Shown here: piece after piece, positions 43,730 to 51,761 of the stretch
How the letters are laid out: each line of letters starts with the position of its first letter
Numbering within the stretch: the stretch's first letter is position 1
Notes under the pieces: generated by a model
Told to the model about the DNA's origin: nothing
The model's input: only the letters and a program-made list of their open reading frames with translations
The model's database searches: none
Assembly: GCA_038044205.1 (NCBI GenBank)
Contig: JBBTAN010000017.1
Span: 30,027-94,026, forward strand
Direction: 5' to 3'
DNA: 64,000 nucleotides
From: Nanobdellota archaeon
Lineage (GTDB): Archaea; Nanobdellota; Nanobdellia; Pacearchaeales; GW2011-AR1
Translations under genes and position numbers: made by a program

Positions 43730-43975
43730 ATGGAACTCATTTCTGTTGTATTGGTTAAATTTGATGAAGTAAATCCATATCTTGAATTTGTTTATTCTTT
43801 TGATTCTACTCATATTAGAAAAGCAGAAAAGTTATTTTGTGAAACTATTAAAAAATATGAGCCTAATATAAATAAAGAACATCTGGATGCGGCTATTGAA
43901 GGTGGATTTTATGATTGTGAAAATTGCGATGCTATTTATATGAAATGGAATACTTTAAATGGCTTTGTAGAATAA
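43730..43975 (+). CDS. small protein, family C
   Basis: MELISVVLVKFDE..YEPNINKEHLDAAIEGGFYDC. Confidence 0.6.
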   Translation: MELISVVLVKFDEVNPYLEFVYSFDSTHIRKAEKLFCETIKKYEPNINKEHLDAAIEGGFYDCENCDAIYMKWNTLNGFVE

Positions 43976-43986
43976 GGAGAAAAAAC

Positions 43987-44238
43987 ATGGACCTTGTTTC
44001 TATTATTTGTGTTCATCTTGAAGGTGGAAATATTGAATTGGATTCTGTTTATAGTTATGACGACAATCCTGCTGATATTGATAAAATTAATGACAAGTTC
44101 TGCGAAATGATTAAGAAAAAGAATCCAGATATATCGGAAGACGATTTGGACGATGCTGTTCTTAATGAGAAGTTTGAATTTTGTGATGGTTCGGTTATTT
44201 ATCTCAAGTCGCATAAAATTAAGAAGTTTTATAGTTAA
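43987..44238 (+). CDS. small protein, family C
   Basis: ATG 43987 after SD aaggagaaaaaac; MDLVSIICVHLEG..NPDISEDDLDDAV. Confidence 0.6.
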   Translation: MDLVSIICVHLEGGNIELDSVYSYDDNPADIDKINDKFCEMIKKKNPDISEDDLDDAVLNEKFEFCDGSVIYLKSHKIKKFYS

Positions 44239-44264
44239 CTTTAAACAAGAAAAGGAAAATAAAA

Positions 44265-44471
44265 ATGAATAAAACTGAATCTACTGATGTTTACAATGGA
44301 GATATAAATATATCTGATATTATTTCTTATATTAGAGCTAATATCCGCTATATTAAAGAAAGTGAATTGCTCGAAAAGGATTATGTCGCTGGATTTGTTG
44401 ATGCGATGGAAGGTATTGAAAAGTATATAAATAAAAGGAGTAATGAAAATGGAACAAAAGAATATAGATGA
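44265..44471 (+). CDS. hypothetical protein
   Basis: 68 aa with SD. Confidence 0.55.
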   Translation: MNKTESTDVYNGDINISDIISYIRANIRYIKESELLEKDYVAGFVDAMEGIEKYINKRSNENGTKEYR

Positions 44472-44643
44472 ACTAAATAAAAATTTTACTATTGCTAAAA
44501 ATGAATTTGATGAAATGTATGTAAAATTTAATAGTTTGAAACATGAGATAGAAACTTCTAAAAGAAATGAACGTATTGGACAAATTATTAGCGCCTGTAT
44601 TGGAGCTATTATTGGTTCTCTTTTTGTTTACTATTATCTATAA
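44449..44643 (+). CDS. tail-anchored membrane protein
   Basis: ATG 44449 lies 9 nt after ggag; C-terminal TM IISACIGAIIGSLFVYYYL. Confidence 0.55.
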   Translation: MEQKNIDELNKNFTIAKNEFDEMYVKFNSLKHEIETSKRNERIGQIISACIGAIIGSLFVYYYL

Positions 44644-44658
44644 GAAAGGAAAATAAAA

Positions 44659-45060
44659 ATGTCTAACGAAGCGAAGGTTTGCAGTCTTCCTAAGTGTGAC
44701 TTTTGCAGGGAAAACAATGTTGATACTGATGCTATTTATGATGGAAAGACTACTATGGGATGTTGGGGTAATATGTGCGAGAAGCATTTTAAACAATATG
44801 GAGTTGGTTTAGGTCTTGGTAAAGGACAGAAACTTGTTGTTAAAACTCCTTCCACTAATAAGAATACAGATAAAGTTGTAAATGCTATTGATAATACTGA
44901 TCCTTCTGATGAAGATTCTATGATGGAACTTCTTATGGATTCTGTTAGGGAAGTTGAGTGTCCACTTTGCCATGAATCTAGGTCTGTTGAGCCTGATGCT
45001 AACTACACTTTTATTTGCGAAGGTTGTGGAGCTAAAGTAAAAGTTAATTCTATTTTCTAA
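44659..45060 (+). CDS. Cys-rich hypothetical protein
   Basis: 133 aa; CSLPKCDFC..GCWGNMCEKH..CPLCH..CEGCG. Confidence 0.65.
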   Translation: MSNEAKVCSLPKCDFCRENNVDTDAIYDGKTTMGCWGNMCEKHFKQYGVGLGLGKGQKLVVKTPSTNKNTDKVVNAIDNTDPSDEDSMMELLMDSVREVECPLCHESRSVEPDANYTFICEGCGAKVKVNSIF

Positions 45061-45069
45061 GGAATACAA

Positions 45070-45225
45070 ATGAAAATAACAGTTTTTACTCATGATTTTC
45101 ACAGTAAATCTTTGGAAGGTAATTATTTACGATATAAAAATATAAATCCCGAACAAGCTGAAGCTTATATGAGATGTTTGGAAGAATATAAAAAGAAAAA
45201 TTCTAAAATCTTTAGTAAGGAATAA
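45070..45225 (+). CDS. small protein, family W
   Basis: 51 aa; INPEQAEAY shared with 45388. Confidence 0.45.
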   Translation: MKITVFTHDFHSKSLEGNYLRYKNINPEQAEAYMRCLEEYKKKNSKIFSKE

Positions 45226-45228
45226 AAA

Positions 45229-45375
45229 ATGAAATTAGGCATTTTTTGTTTTGGATGTTTTGTAGGCGGGATGTTTATGATGGCTGTAAATTATAGCCAA
45301 TTTTTATTGGGTTGGACAGCAATGGCTGGCATTGGAGTTATTGTTGATAGTATTATTAATTATATCAAGAAGTAA
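45229..45375 (+). CDS. small two-TM membrane protein
   Basis: 48 aa, checked codon by codon. Confidence 0.45.
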   Translation: MKLGIFCFGCFVGGMFMMAVNYSQFLLGWTAMAGIGVIVDSIINYIKK

Positions 45376-45387
45376 GGAGTAAATCAA

Positions 45388-45582
45388 ATGACTATTGATC
45401 ACTGTAAGGAAATGATTGAGAAGTATAAGATAATTAATCCTGAGCAGGCTAAGGCTTATCAGGAAGTTATTAATGATGCTAATTTTATTGCTTGTAATGG
45501 TAATAATTTTACTACATTGAATCAGCTTAATACTATTATTGTTAAAAAGTATAATAAGGAGAAAGAAAATGAAGGAATTTAG
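45388..45582 (+). CDS. small protein, family W
   Basis: IINPEQAKAY. Confidence 0.55.
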   Translation: MTIDHCKEMIEKYKIINPEQAKAYQEVINDANFIACNGNNFTTLNQLNTIIVKKYNKEKENEGI

Positions 45583-45772
45583 GGTTAGCTGGGAAATTGA
45601 CATTGATGCTAATAGTCCTTATGAGGCTGCTAAAGAGGCTTTTAAAATTATGCAAGAGCCAGGATCTTCTGCTACATTTTTTGAAGTTACTTCACCTAAA
45701 GGAAATAAATATCAATATGATCTTGAGTATGGTGATGATGATAATAAAGATAATTATGATGAGAATGGTTGA
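45569..45772 (+). CDS. hypothetical acidic protein
   Basis: ATG 45569 after SD aaggagaaagaaa; stop TGA 45770-45772 overlaps the motif-1 ATG. Confidence 0.6.
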   Translation: MKEFRVSWEIDIDANSPYEAAKEAFKIMQEPGSSATFFEVTSPKGNKYQYDLEYGDDDNKDNYDENG

Positions 45773-45806
45773 TGCCCGGAATGATAGAAAACTGGCGTTC
45801 TATTAT
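45772..45806 (+). promoter_or_regulatory. motif-1 element (ATGCCCGGA-N20-TATTAT)
   Basis: followed by hairpin acgccaaa-tgg-tttggcgt (45815-45833) abutting the SD; its frame ends in an ATGA overlap with ATG 45849. Confidence 0.6.
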
Positions 45807-45848
45807 AGTTTGTAAACGCCAAATGGTTTGGCGTAAGGAGAAAGAAGA

Positions 45849-46091
45849 ATGAAAATTTTCAATGTTATTTCTGTTAGTTATGATGCTGACGATAAGCAAC
45901 CTACACTTGAACTTGTTTATCCTTACAGTAGTTTGGAAAATGCTAGAAAGAAGTTTTACGCTCTTGTTAGGGAAAGCGAACCTGATATTTCTGATAACGA
46001 TTTGAAACTTCTTTCCAAAGATCGTAAATATATTTATCAAGATGAAGATTGTGTACTTTTTATTGATTCTAAAACTATTGACCAGTATTAA
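45849..46091 (+). CDS. small protein, family C
   Basis: MKIFNVISVSYDA..SEPDISDNDLKLL. Confidence 0.6.
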   Translation: MKIFNVISVSYDADDKQPTLELVYPYSSLENARKKFYALVRESEPDISDNDLKLLSKDRKYIYQDEDCVLFIDSKTIDQY

Positions 46092-46109
46092 AAGAAAAGG
46101 AGAAAAAAC

Positions 46110-46583
46110 ATGCGTGGTTATAGTTGGAATGGTTCTGATGAATTTGCTGTTCTTTGTTATTTTGATGAAGATAATAAAAATTTACTTATTGATGAAAGTC
46201 CTGCCCCAGTTGATACTCCAGTTGAGATTCTAAATATCATTGCAAATCTTCTTACTGAAGCTCAAAATATTGAAATTTATTTTAAATTTAATTACAACGG
46301 TTATTATGATCCAGGAGAACTAAATGATCTACCTGAAAATTGTCACCCCCCTGAAAATGAAAATGAAGATAAAAGAGAGGTAACTGGTCTTTATGTTAAA
46401 GATGTAGATACAAAGGGACTTATTTATATTACCGATGAAGACAAAAAGACTCTTATGAGTAATTGGAAGTATATCGACGAAAAGCTTTATAGTGTTAAAA
46501 TTGATACTAAATCTGATGATTCTTATGATCCGCCTGATGTCGATACTTATGAACCTTCCTACAGAAAGTTTTATTGGAAATAA
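46110..46583 (+). CDS. hypothetical protein, family B
   Basis: RGYSWNGSDEFAVLCYFDE..DSYDPPDVDTYEPSYR; the 3' end is nearly identical at the nucleotide level to 41896. Confidence 0.65.
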   Translation: MRGYSWNGSDEFAVLCYFDEDNKNLLIDESPAPVDTPVEILNIIANLLTEAQNIEIYFKFNYNGYYDPGELNDLPENCHPPENENEDKREVTGLYVKDVDTKGLIYITDEDKKTLMSNWKYIDEKLYSVKIDTKSDDSYDPPDVDTYEPSYRKFYWK

Positions 46584-46585
46584 AA

Positions 46586-46814
46586 ATGAAAAGAATATAC
46601 TTATATTGAAAGTATTAAAACTTTTAACAGTGCAGAAGAAAATACAGAAAATTTTGTCTATAGTGAAGAATTGTTAGAATTGTTTGAGAGCATAATTAAA
46701 GAAGATGATCCAACTATTACTGATGAAAATTTTGTAAAATATGAACAATATTATGATTTTAAAGATGGGAAAAGGAGTATTCTTATATTTAATCATGATT
46801 TGACACTGTATTAA
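46586..46814 (+). pseudogene. duplication junction: 7-codon stub of the 42376 gene fused to a start-less family C copy
   Basis: ATGAAAAGAATATACTTATATTGA (MKRIYLY-stop) copies the start of 42376; from 46608 another frame encodes ..NFVYSEELLELFESIIKEDDPTITDENF.. with no ATG. Confidence 0.55.
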
Positions 46815-46831
46815 GAAAAGGAGAAAGTAAA

Positions 46832-47035
46832 ATGGACAGTCCAAAGTATCCTCATATCAAGGTTAAGTTGGTTGGTACTGATGGAAATGCTTTTGCCCTT
46901 TTGGGTAAGGTTAAGAATGCTCTTATGAAGAACAATGTTCCGCAAATTGAGATTGATGAATTTCTTAAAACGGCTATGAGTGGAGATTATGATGATCTTC
47001 TTTGTACTTGTATGAACACTGTGGATGTTGACTAA
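46832..47035 (+). CDS. hypothetical small protein
   Basis: 67 aa with SD. Confidence 0.6.
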   Translation: MDSPKYPHIKVKLVGTDGNAFALLGKVKNALMKNNVPQIEIDEFLKTAMSGDYDDLLCTCMNTVDVD

Positions 47036-47037
47036 AA

Positions 47038-47055
47038 ACTTGTAAATAATTAGTT
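47038..47055 (+). promoter_or_regulatory. 18-nt repeat ACTTGTAAATAATTAGTT, copy 1 (-10-like TTGTAAATAAT)
   Basis: identical at 47266-47283; resembles gTTGTATAATTAGTT upstream of tRNA-Leu. Confidence 0.5.
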
Positions 47056-47079
47056 AAAACTAAAAAAGGAGTAAATAGT

Positions 47080-47250
47080 ATAGATGAGATTAATGAATTG
47101 AGCATTGCTGTTATTAAATTACAGAAAAGCACAGAAGGTTTACTAAAAGAAATTGAAATTGGCAAAAAGAGAGATAAAATTATCAATATTATTAGTTGTA
47201 TTATATTTGGACTTTTTGGTTGTATTATAACTTTTCTTCTTTTGCGGTAA
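47080..47250 (+). CDS. tail-anchored small membrane protein with apparent ATA start
   Basis: open frame IDEINELSIAVIKLQ..IISCIIFGLFGCIITFLLLR; no ATG, GTG or TTG between the upstream stop and ATA 47080, which sits 8 nt after ggag. Confidence 0.4.
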   Translation: MDEINELSIAVIKLQKSTEGLLKEIEIGKKRDKIINIISCIIFGLFGCIITFLLLR

Positions 47251-47265
47251 AAGTAGTTAAGTAAA

Positions 47266-47283
47266 ACTTGTAAATAATTAGTT
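47266..47283 (+). promoter_or_regulatory. 18-nt repeat ACTTGTAAATAATTAGTT, copy 2
   Basis: followed by hairpin gttctaa-atagg-ttagaac, then SD and ATG 47324. Confidence 0.5.
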
Positions 47284-47323
47284 CTAAATAGGTTAGAACT
47301 AAAATGTAAAAAAGGAGAATGAA

Positions 47324-47563
47324 ATGGCAAGGGTTAATGCAAGTAGTAAGGTTGTTGTTGATATTATGGAAGGAGTTATTAGAGGATTTTTTACCGGAGG
47401 TGCAACTCCTACAGAGTTTGTTGCTGCTGTTAATAATGCTTTCTTTCATGGGGAGATTATCGAAGAAGACTATAACCTTGGGGAAAAGAATGATGAATAT
47501 CTTGGCGAGTTTTATGACGGGATTGAAAAGATGAGTTCTGCGGCTAAAAAGATGGAAAAGTAA
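47324..47563 (+). CDS. hypothetical protein
   Basis: 79 aa with SD. Confidence 0.6.
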   Translation: MARVNASSKVVVDIMEGVIRGFFTGGATPTEFVAAVNNAFFHGEIIEEDYNLGEKNDEYLGEFYDGIEKMSSAAKKMEK

Positions 47564-47601
47564 TTTATTCTTTTTAGAACTAAAAAAGAAAGGAAGTAAA
47601 A

Positions 47602-48144
47602 ATGATTAATTTCAGGAATTTTGGTAAGTGGGCTAATGATGGAGTTCGTTCTATTGGCCAGAAGATTGTTGCTTATGCTATTATGAATGAACAGAAGAAA
47701 TTGCTTGAGAAGGCTCTTGAGCCTCTTAAAGAGACTATCAAGGAGATTACTACTAATGATGGTATCAAAGACCCCAAAAAGCTTACTTATAGGCTTGACG
47801 GTCAAATGTCTGGCAAGTATCCTCTTGCGTGGTCTACTGTTAGCCTCAAGCCTGATGTTGACGTTGATAAGGCTATTCCTGCCCTTGCCAAGAAGTATGG
47901 TTGTGATGAGGATCTAAAGACTATTGAAGCGGCTATTATTAAAGAGAATAAGTTTGTCAAGGCTGATTTGAAGGCTGCTATTAAGGATATTGAGAATTGG
48001 GAGAAGAAGTATAGCAAGAATATTCCTACTCTCAATGTCTTTGAGAATAGTGAAGCTGTTGATGCTGGTTGTGTTATTACTGTTGATGAAAATGGGGATG
48101 GTTATACCGTTGTGAAGAAGGATGAAGACACCGTTACTGCTTAA
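47602..48144 (+). CDS. hypothetical protein, AAG/CTT-biased codons
   Basis: 180 aa with SD; a strong terminator follows. Confidence 0.7.
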   Translation: MINFRNFGKWANDGVRSIGQKIVAYAIMNEQKKLLEKALEPLKETIKEITTNDGIKDPKKLTYRLDGQMSGKYPLAWSTVSLKPDVDVDKAIPALAKKYGCDEDLKTIEAAIIKENKFVKADLKAAIKDIENWEKKYSKNIPTLNVFENSEAVDAGCVITVDENGDGYTVVKKDEDTVTA

Positions 48145-48149
48145 TTATT

Positions 48150-48188
48150 AAGGGGAGGGGCGCGCACCCCTCCCCTTTTTCTTTTATT
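48150..48188 (+). terminator. strong rho-independent terminator
   Basis: aaggggagggg-cgcgca-cccctcccctt followed by tttttctttt. Confidence 0.85.
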
Positions 48189-48249
48189 TTTAATTTTAAT
48201 ATTATATTAATAAAATGGTAGAGTTTTTATTCAGAATGATTATGGACAA

Positions 48250-48405
48250 ATGCTTATGTTAAATGAAGATAATCTTGAAGAATTTATTACTTGTATCCAT
48301 TGCAATAGAGAAGGATTTGTGTCTGAACTTGAGTATTGCAATAATTGTGAATCCTGTTCAGATTGTTGCGACTGTCCAGAAAAAGATGAAAAAGACAACG
48401 AATAA
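48250..48405 (+). CDS. small Cys-rich zinc-finger-like protein
   Basis: MLMLNEDNLEEFITCIHCNREGFVSELEYCNNCESCSDCCDCPEKDEKDNE; preferred over the overlapping track ORF 48263-48469. Confidence 0.5.
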   Translation: MLMLNEDNLEEFITCIHCNREGFVSELEYCNNCESCSDCCDCPEKDEKDNE

Positions 48406-48453
48406 AGATATAATGATACTGTGGTTTATTCTGAAAAATAAAAGGAGAAAAAA

Positions 48454-48774
48454 TTGTATATTACTTTGATTAAAATAAATACAGAATATTTTATTTTGGC
48501 ATTTGAAACGGGGGCTATATCTGCTAAAAAAACAGAAAAAGAATGGATTGATTATTTAGAAGATCTATTTATGAAAAATAATAATATGAATAATATTTTA
48601 ATTCAGCCTTCGGTTATTAAAATTGAATCAGCAAATGATATTAGAGAAAATCTATGTAAGTCTAAAATTCCTATTATTAAAAAATTTCCTGTGTTTACAG
48701 GTATTGTTGCAGATGGTCCAGAAGTAGAAAATAGATGGAATAATGGAACTAAACCAAAAACAATAAGGGAGTAA
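48454..48774 (+). CDS. hypothetical protein, TTG start
   Basis: SD aaaaggagaaaaaa then TTG. Confidence 0.55.
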   Translation: MYITLIKINTEYFILAFETGAISAKKTEKEWIDYLEDLFMKNNNMNNILIQPSVIKIESANDIRENLCKSKIPIIKKFPVFTGIVADGPEVENRWNNGTKPKTIRE

Positions 48775-48779
48775 GTAAA

Positions 48780-48887
48780 ATGAATCAATTAATATTTATT
48801 TATATTATTAGTTTATCATTGGGACTTTTATTGGGAATTGCAACTAAATATATTTATTTTAAAGTATGTAAATATAAGGAGACATAA
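48780..48887 (+). CDS. very small membrane protein
   Basis: 35 aa, SD aagggagtaagtaaa. Confidence 0.45.
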   Translation: MNQLIFIYIISLSLGLLLGIATKYIYFKVCKYKET

Positions 48888-48888
48888 A

Positions 48889-49086
48889 ATGTATGGATTG
48901 AATGACACTGGTAAAAAGGAAATAAATTATGCAGATCGAGATTCTTCTGTTGAAGAAGCTCTTATTGAACTAGGTAAACTATCTGATGAATTGAAATATT
49001 CGGAAGATTTAGTTGATTCTAGGAAAATGGCAAAAATCTTTGCTGAAATATATAAAAATGGCTATAAAGATGGACAAGAAGCATAA
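48889..49086 (+). CDS. hypothetical small protein
   Basis: ATG 48889 after SD aaggagacataaa; ends ..IYKNGYKDGQEA. Confidence 0.55.
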   Translation: MYGLNDTGKKEINYADRDSSVEEALIELGKLSDELKYSEDLVDSRKMAKIFAEIYKNGYKDGQEA

Positions 49087-49099
49087 TATATTTTTTCTG

Positions 49100-49134
49100 A
49101 TGCCCGGAGACGATTTGGACCCTGTTCTTATTAT
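49100..49134 (+). promoter_or_regulatory. motif-1 element (ATGCCCGGA-N20-TATTAT)
   Basis: the hexamer abuts the ggag of the next gene's SD. Confidence 0.55.
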
Positions 49135-49146
49135 GGAGTAGAAAAC

Positions 49147-49272
49147 ATGGTAGTAAGAACACCAAAAGAAAGAGAATATAAAGGTATAGCAGGTATTATT
49201 GCTCCTATTATATTTTTTGCTTTAGTTATTAGTATGTTTTTTATATCTTTTATTAAAGTTATTTTCACTTAA
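49147..49272 (+). CDS. small membrane protein
   Basis: 41 aa, checked codon by codon. Confidence 0.45.
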   Translation: MVVRTPKEREYKGIAGIIAPIIFFALVISMFFISFIKVIFT

Positions 49273-49289
49273 CAAAAAGGAGAAATCAA

Positions 49290-49466
49290 ATGGCAAAAGA
49301 AATTATCAAAAACAGTCCCAAGGAAAAAGAATTTGCTATTCAATGTTTTATTGATGGTCAAAGAGTTCAAACCCATAAACTAAATAAAGAAGAAGCTGCT
49401 AATTTTATTGTTACTGCAAAGCATTTAATTGATTATTTGTCTAAAGAATATGGAATTGAAAAATAA
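49290..49466 (+). CDS. hypothetical small protein
   Basis: 58 aa, SD aaaaaggag. Confidence 0.5.
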   Translation: MAKEIIKNSPKEKEFAIQCFIDGQRVQTHKLNKEEAANFIVTAKHLIDYLSKEYGIEK

Positions 49467-49598
49467 GTAAATAAAAAGGAAAGTAAAATGAATAGAAAGA
49501 CAAGAGAAGAAATTATATTAAAAATAGCTAAAAGTTTAGGTTTTGATACTTTTGAACCAATTCCTGAAAGATGTTCTGATTCAACAAATGATTATTAA

Positions 49599-49758
49599 AT
49601 GTCAGAAATTTATGCAGATGAAATTAAAAAAAGCATTGGAATCTATTTATGATTTAGGTTATCAAGAAGGTGACAGTGACGGTTATAGATTAGGTTATTT
49701 GGAAGGTAAAGGAGGTTTCCCAGATAGACATAAAATCTACGTTACAGGATATATTTAG
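49599..49758 (+). pseudogene. small protein split at an A7 run
   Basis: MSEIYADEIKK (ATG 49599) joins ALESIYDLGYQEGDSDGYRLGYLEGKGG.. only if aaaaaaa at 49626-49632 is read as six A. Confidence 0.4.
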
Positions 49759-49780
49759 ATATAAATAAAGGAGAATAATT

Positions 49781-49930
49781 ATGCCAGATGAAATTAGTGG
49801 TGCGGATAAAATAAGACCAGATAAAAATAAAATAAATGAACAAGTAAATAAAAAGAAAAGGAAAATATGTAAGGATTTTGAAAATAATTTATTTAATTTA
49901 TTGAAAAAAGTAGATAAGGAGAAAAAATGA
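49781..49930 (+). CDS. hypothetical small basic protein
   Basis: 49 aa with SD; ATGA overlap with the next gene. Confidence 0.45.
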   Translation: MPDEISGADKIRPDKNKINEQVNKKKRKICKDFENNLFNLLKKVDKEKK

Positions 49931-50145
49931 GTGATAGTAAAACTTCTGTAAAATTTAATTTAAGTGGTTCATTTTGCACTTTGCTAACTATTCTTTTTAT
50001 TGGATTAAAATTAACCAATTATATTACATGGAGTTGGATTTGGATTCTTTCTCCTTTATGGATTCCTGTTAGTTTTTGTATATTAATTCTTTGTGTGATT
50101 GGTCTAATTTGTTGGTCAGAGGATAAGAAAGAGAAAAATGAGTAA
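49927..50145 (+). CDS. two-TM membrane protein, family Q
   Basis: LFIGLKLTNYITWSWIWILSPLWIPV. Confidence 0.65.
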   Translation: MSDSKTSVKFNLSGSFCTLLTILFIGLKLTNYITWSWIWILSPLWIPVSFCILILCVIGLICWSEDKKEKNE

Positions 50146-50380
50146 AAAGACAAAAGAATATTCAGTTAGTATTGATTTCTGCGGTCTATTATGTTTACTT
50201 TTTATTGCTCTAAAACTAACTAATTATATTGATTGGTCTTGGATTTGGGTATTGGCCCCTATCTGGATACCAATTACTATTGTATTATCAATTACCGCCA
50301 TGTTCTTTGGAGTAATGGGAATTGTTATATTTTTTGTTTATTTAACTGAAGTTATTGCTAATAATAAAAGGAATAAGTAA
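50138..50380 (+). CDS. two-TM membrane protein, family Q
   Basis: LFIALKLTNYIDWSWIWVLAPIWIPI. Confidence 0.65.
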   Translation: MSKKTKEYSVSIDFCGLLCLLFIALKLTNYIDWSWIWVLAPIWIPITIVLSITAMFFGVMGIVIFFVYLTEVIANNKRNK

Positions 50381-50559
50381 TGAAAGATAGAAAGTGCCCA
50401 AGACAAGGATTTTTAACAACTCCTGAATTATGCGCTCAAAGAAGAGCAAGAGATTTTGATAGATGTAAAATTTGTAAACATAGAAAAGAATATGATGAGG
50501 AAGATGCTAAAATAAGTGCTGAAGTTAAGCCGCAAGAAGAAAACAAAGAAAAGGAGTAA
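50380..50559 (+). CDS. hypothetical small basic protein
   Basis: 59 aa, checked codon by codon. Confidence 0.5.
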   Translation: MKDRKCPRQGFLTTPELCAQRRARDFDRCKICKHRKEYDEEDAKISAEVKPQEENKEKE

Positions 50560-50564
50560 GTAAA

Positions 50565-50813
50565 ATGATTGTTTCTATTGTTCATCTTGATATTAAAAAT
50601 GGTTTTCCTGTAGTTGAAACAATTTATACATATGAAAATAAAAATTTAGAAGATTTAAAAGATAAATTTTTTGCAACAATTAAAAAGGATGACCCAAATA
50701 TAAGCCCTGAAAATTTAGAAAAATGCCTGAACTCTTTATATTACCAATATAAAAATAATAATAAATCTATTTCTTTACATTGGCATTTTGTTGAACAGGA
50801 AGTGCGAACGTAA
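50565..50813 (+). CDS. small protein, family C
   Basis: MIVSIVHLDIKNG..DDPNISPENLEKCL. Confidence 0.6.
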   Translation: MIVSIVHLDIKNGFPVVETIYTYENKNLEDLKDKFFATIKKDDPNISPENLEKCLNSLYYQYKNNNKSISLHWHFVEQEVRT

Positions 50814-50834
50814 CAAAGAAAAGGAGTAAGCAAC

Positions 50835-51071
50835 ATGAAAGTTATTTCTGTTTTTACTATTGGACATTGTGAAGGAAAACCTGTTATTGATAATTTTTAT
50901 TCTTTTGAAAACGATGATATTTACGACGCAGAAAGAATGTTTTTTGATTTATTGAAAAAAGACAATGAAAATATCAGACATGAAGATATTGCTGCACATA
51001 TTAGAAATGGACTTTATGATTGTAAAAATGGTGATACTATTTTTATCAATACATCTTCTATTGAGAAGTAA
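50835..51071 (+). CDS. small protein, family C
   Basis: MKVISVFTIGHCEG..DNENIRHEDIAAHI. Confidence 0.6.
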   Translation: MKVISVFTIGHCEGKPVIDNFYSFENDDIYDAERMFFDLLKKDNENIRHEDIAAHIRNGLYDCKNGDTIFINTSSIEK

Positions 51072-51093
51072 ACAAAGAAAAGGAGTAACTAAC

Positions 51094-51546
51094 ATGGAAG
51101 TCAAGGAACAAGTTAGAAAGTTTGAATGGAATGAATTTGATATTATTCAGAATCAAGCCAAATTCTTGATGGAAGAAGAAAATATTGATGAAAAGAAAGC
51201 ATTTGATATTACTTGCGAAGACCCTGATCTTATTTCTTTTGAATGGGATTCTTTTCTTGATATGGTTACAGAAGAACTAAAAGAAATGAATCCAGGTGGT
51301 GATTGGGCTTGTAATGTTAAGGGGTTTGGTTGGCGTAAACTTGATGGGCATACTTATTTTAATGCCAAGGATGCTAAAGAATTTTTTAGTAAGATTCTTC
51401 CTGATTGCGAATGTAGATTTATTATGAATATTTTTCCTTGTGAAAAAACTATTTCTATTAACAATTTTCACCATGACTCGCCTTATGGTGAAGAATGGTA
51501 TTATTTGGAACCTGTCTTTTTTAGCGAGGAAAGTAAAAATGAATAA
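51094..51546 (+). CDS. hypothetical protein
   Basis: ATG 51094 after SD aaaggagtaactaac. Confidence 0.65.
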   Translation: MEVKEQVRKFEWNEFDIIQNQAKFLMEEENIDEKKAFDITCEDPDLISFEWDSFLDMVTEELKEMNPGGDWACNVKGFGWRKLDGHTYFNAKDAKEFFSKILPDCECRFIMNIFPCEKTISINNFHHDSPYGEEWYYLEPVFFSEESKNE

Positions 51547-51745
51547 AACAGACAATGCGCTCCATCTTGCTAATACAGGGCATTATACAATGGAAATGTT
51601 CTGGGAAAGAATGACAACTAAAGAATGGAAACTTATTCTTTTAGATGGTAATGATAAAATTTGCTGTCATGGAGTTCCTCGACAGTTAGTTGCAAAGAAG
51701 TTAGGTTGTGGCATTGTTGAAGTAAGGAAAGCACCTTTGGAATAA
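51539..51745 (+). CDS. hypothetical small protein
   Basis: ATG 51539 overlaps the previous gene's end. Confidence 0.5.
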   Translation: MNKTDNALHLANTGHYTMEMFWERMTTKEWKLILLDGNDKICCHGVPRQLVAKKLGCGIVEVRKAPLE

Positions 51746-51761
51746 AGAAAGGGAAATAAAT

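Noticed and set aside
43503-43730. Possible degraded gene in the 43.5-43.7 kb gap
   Set aside because: Only short ORFs are present (10 codons from 43515, 42 codons at 43588-43716). They have no SD and no similarity to the local families, so there is too little evidence to call anything.
48263-48469. 68-aa track ORF MKIILKNLLLVSIAIEK..
   Set aside because: The overlapping frame 48250-48405 encodes a Cys-rich peptide with regular CxxC pairs, like many other genes here. The track ORF is low-complexity and runs through the SD of the next gene.
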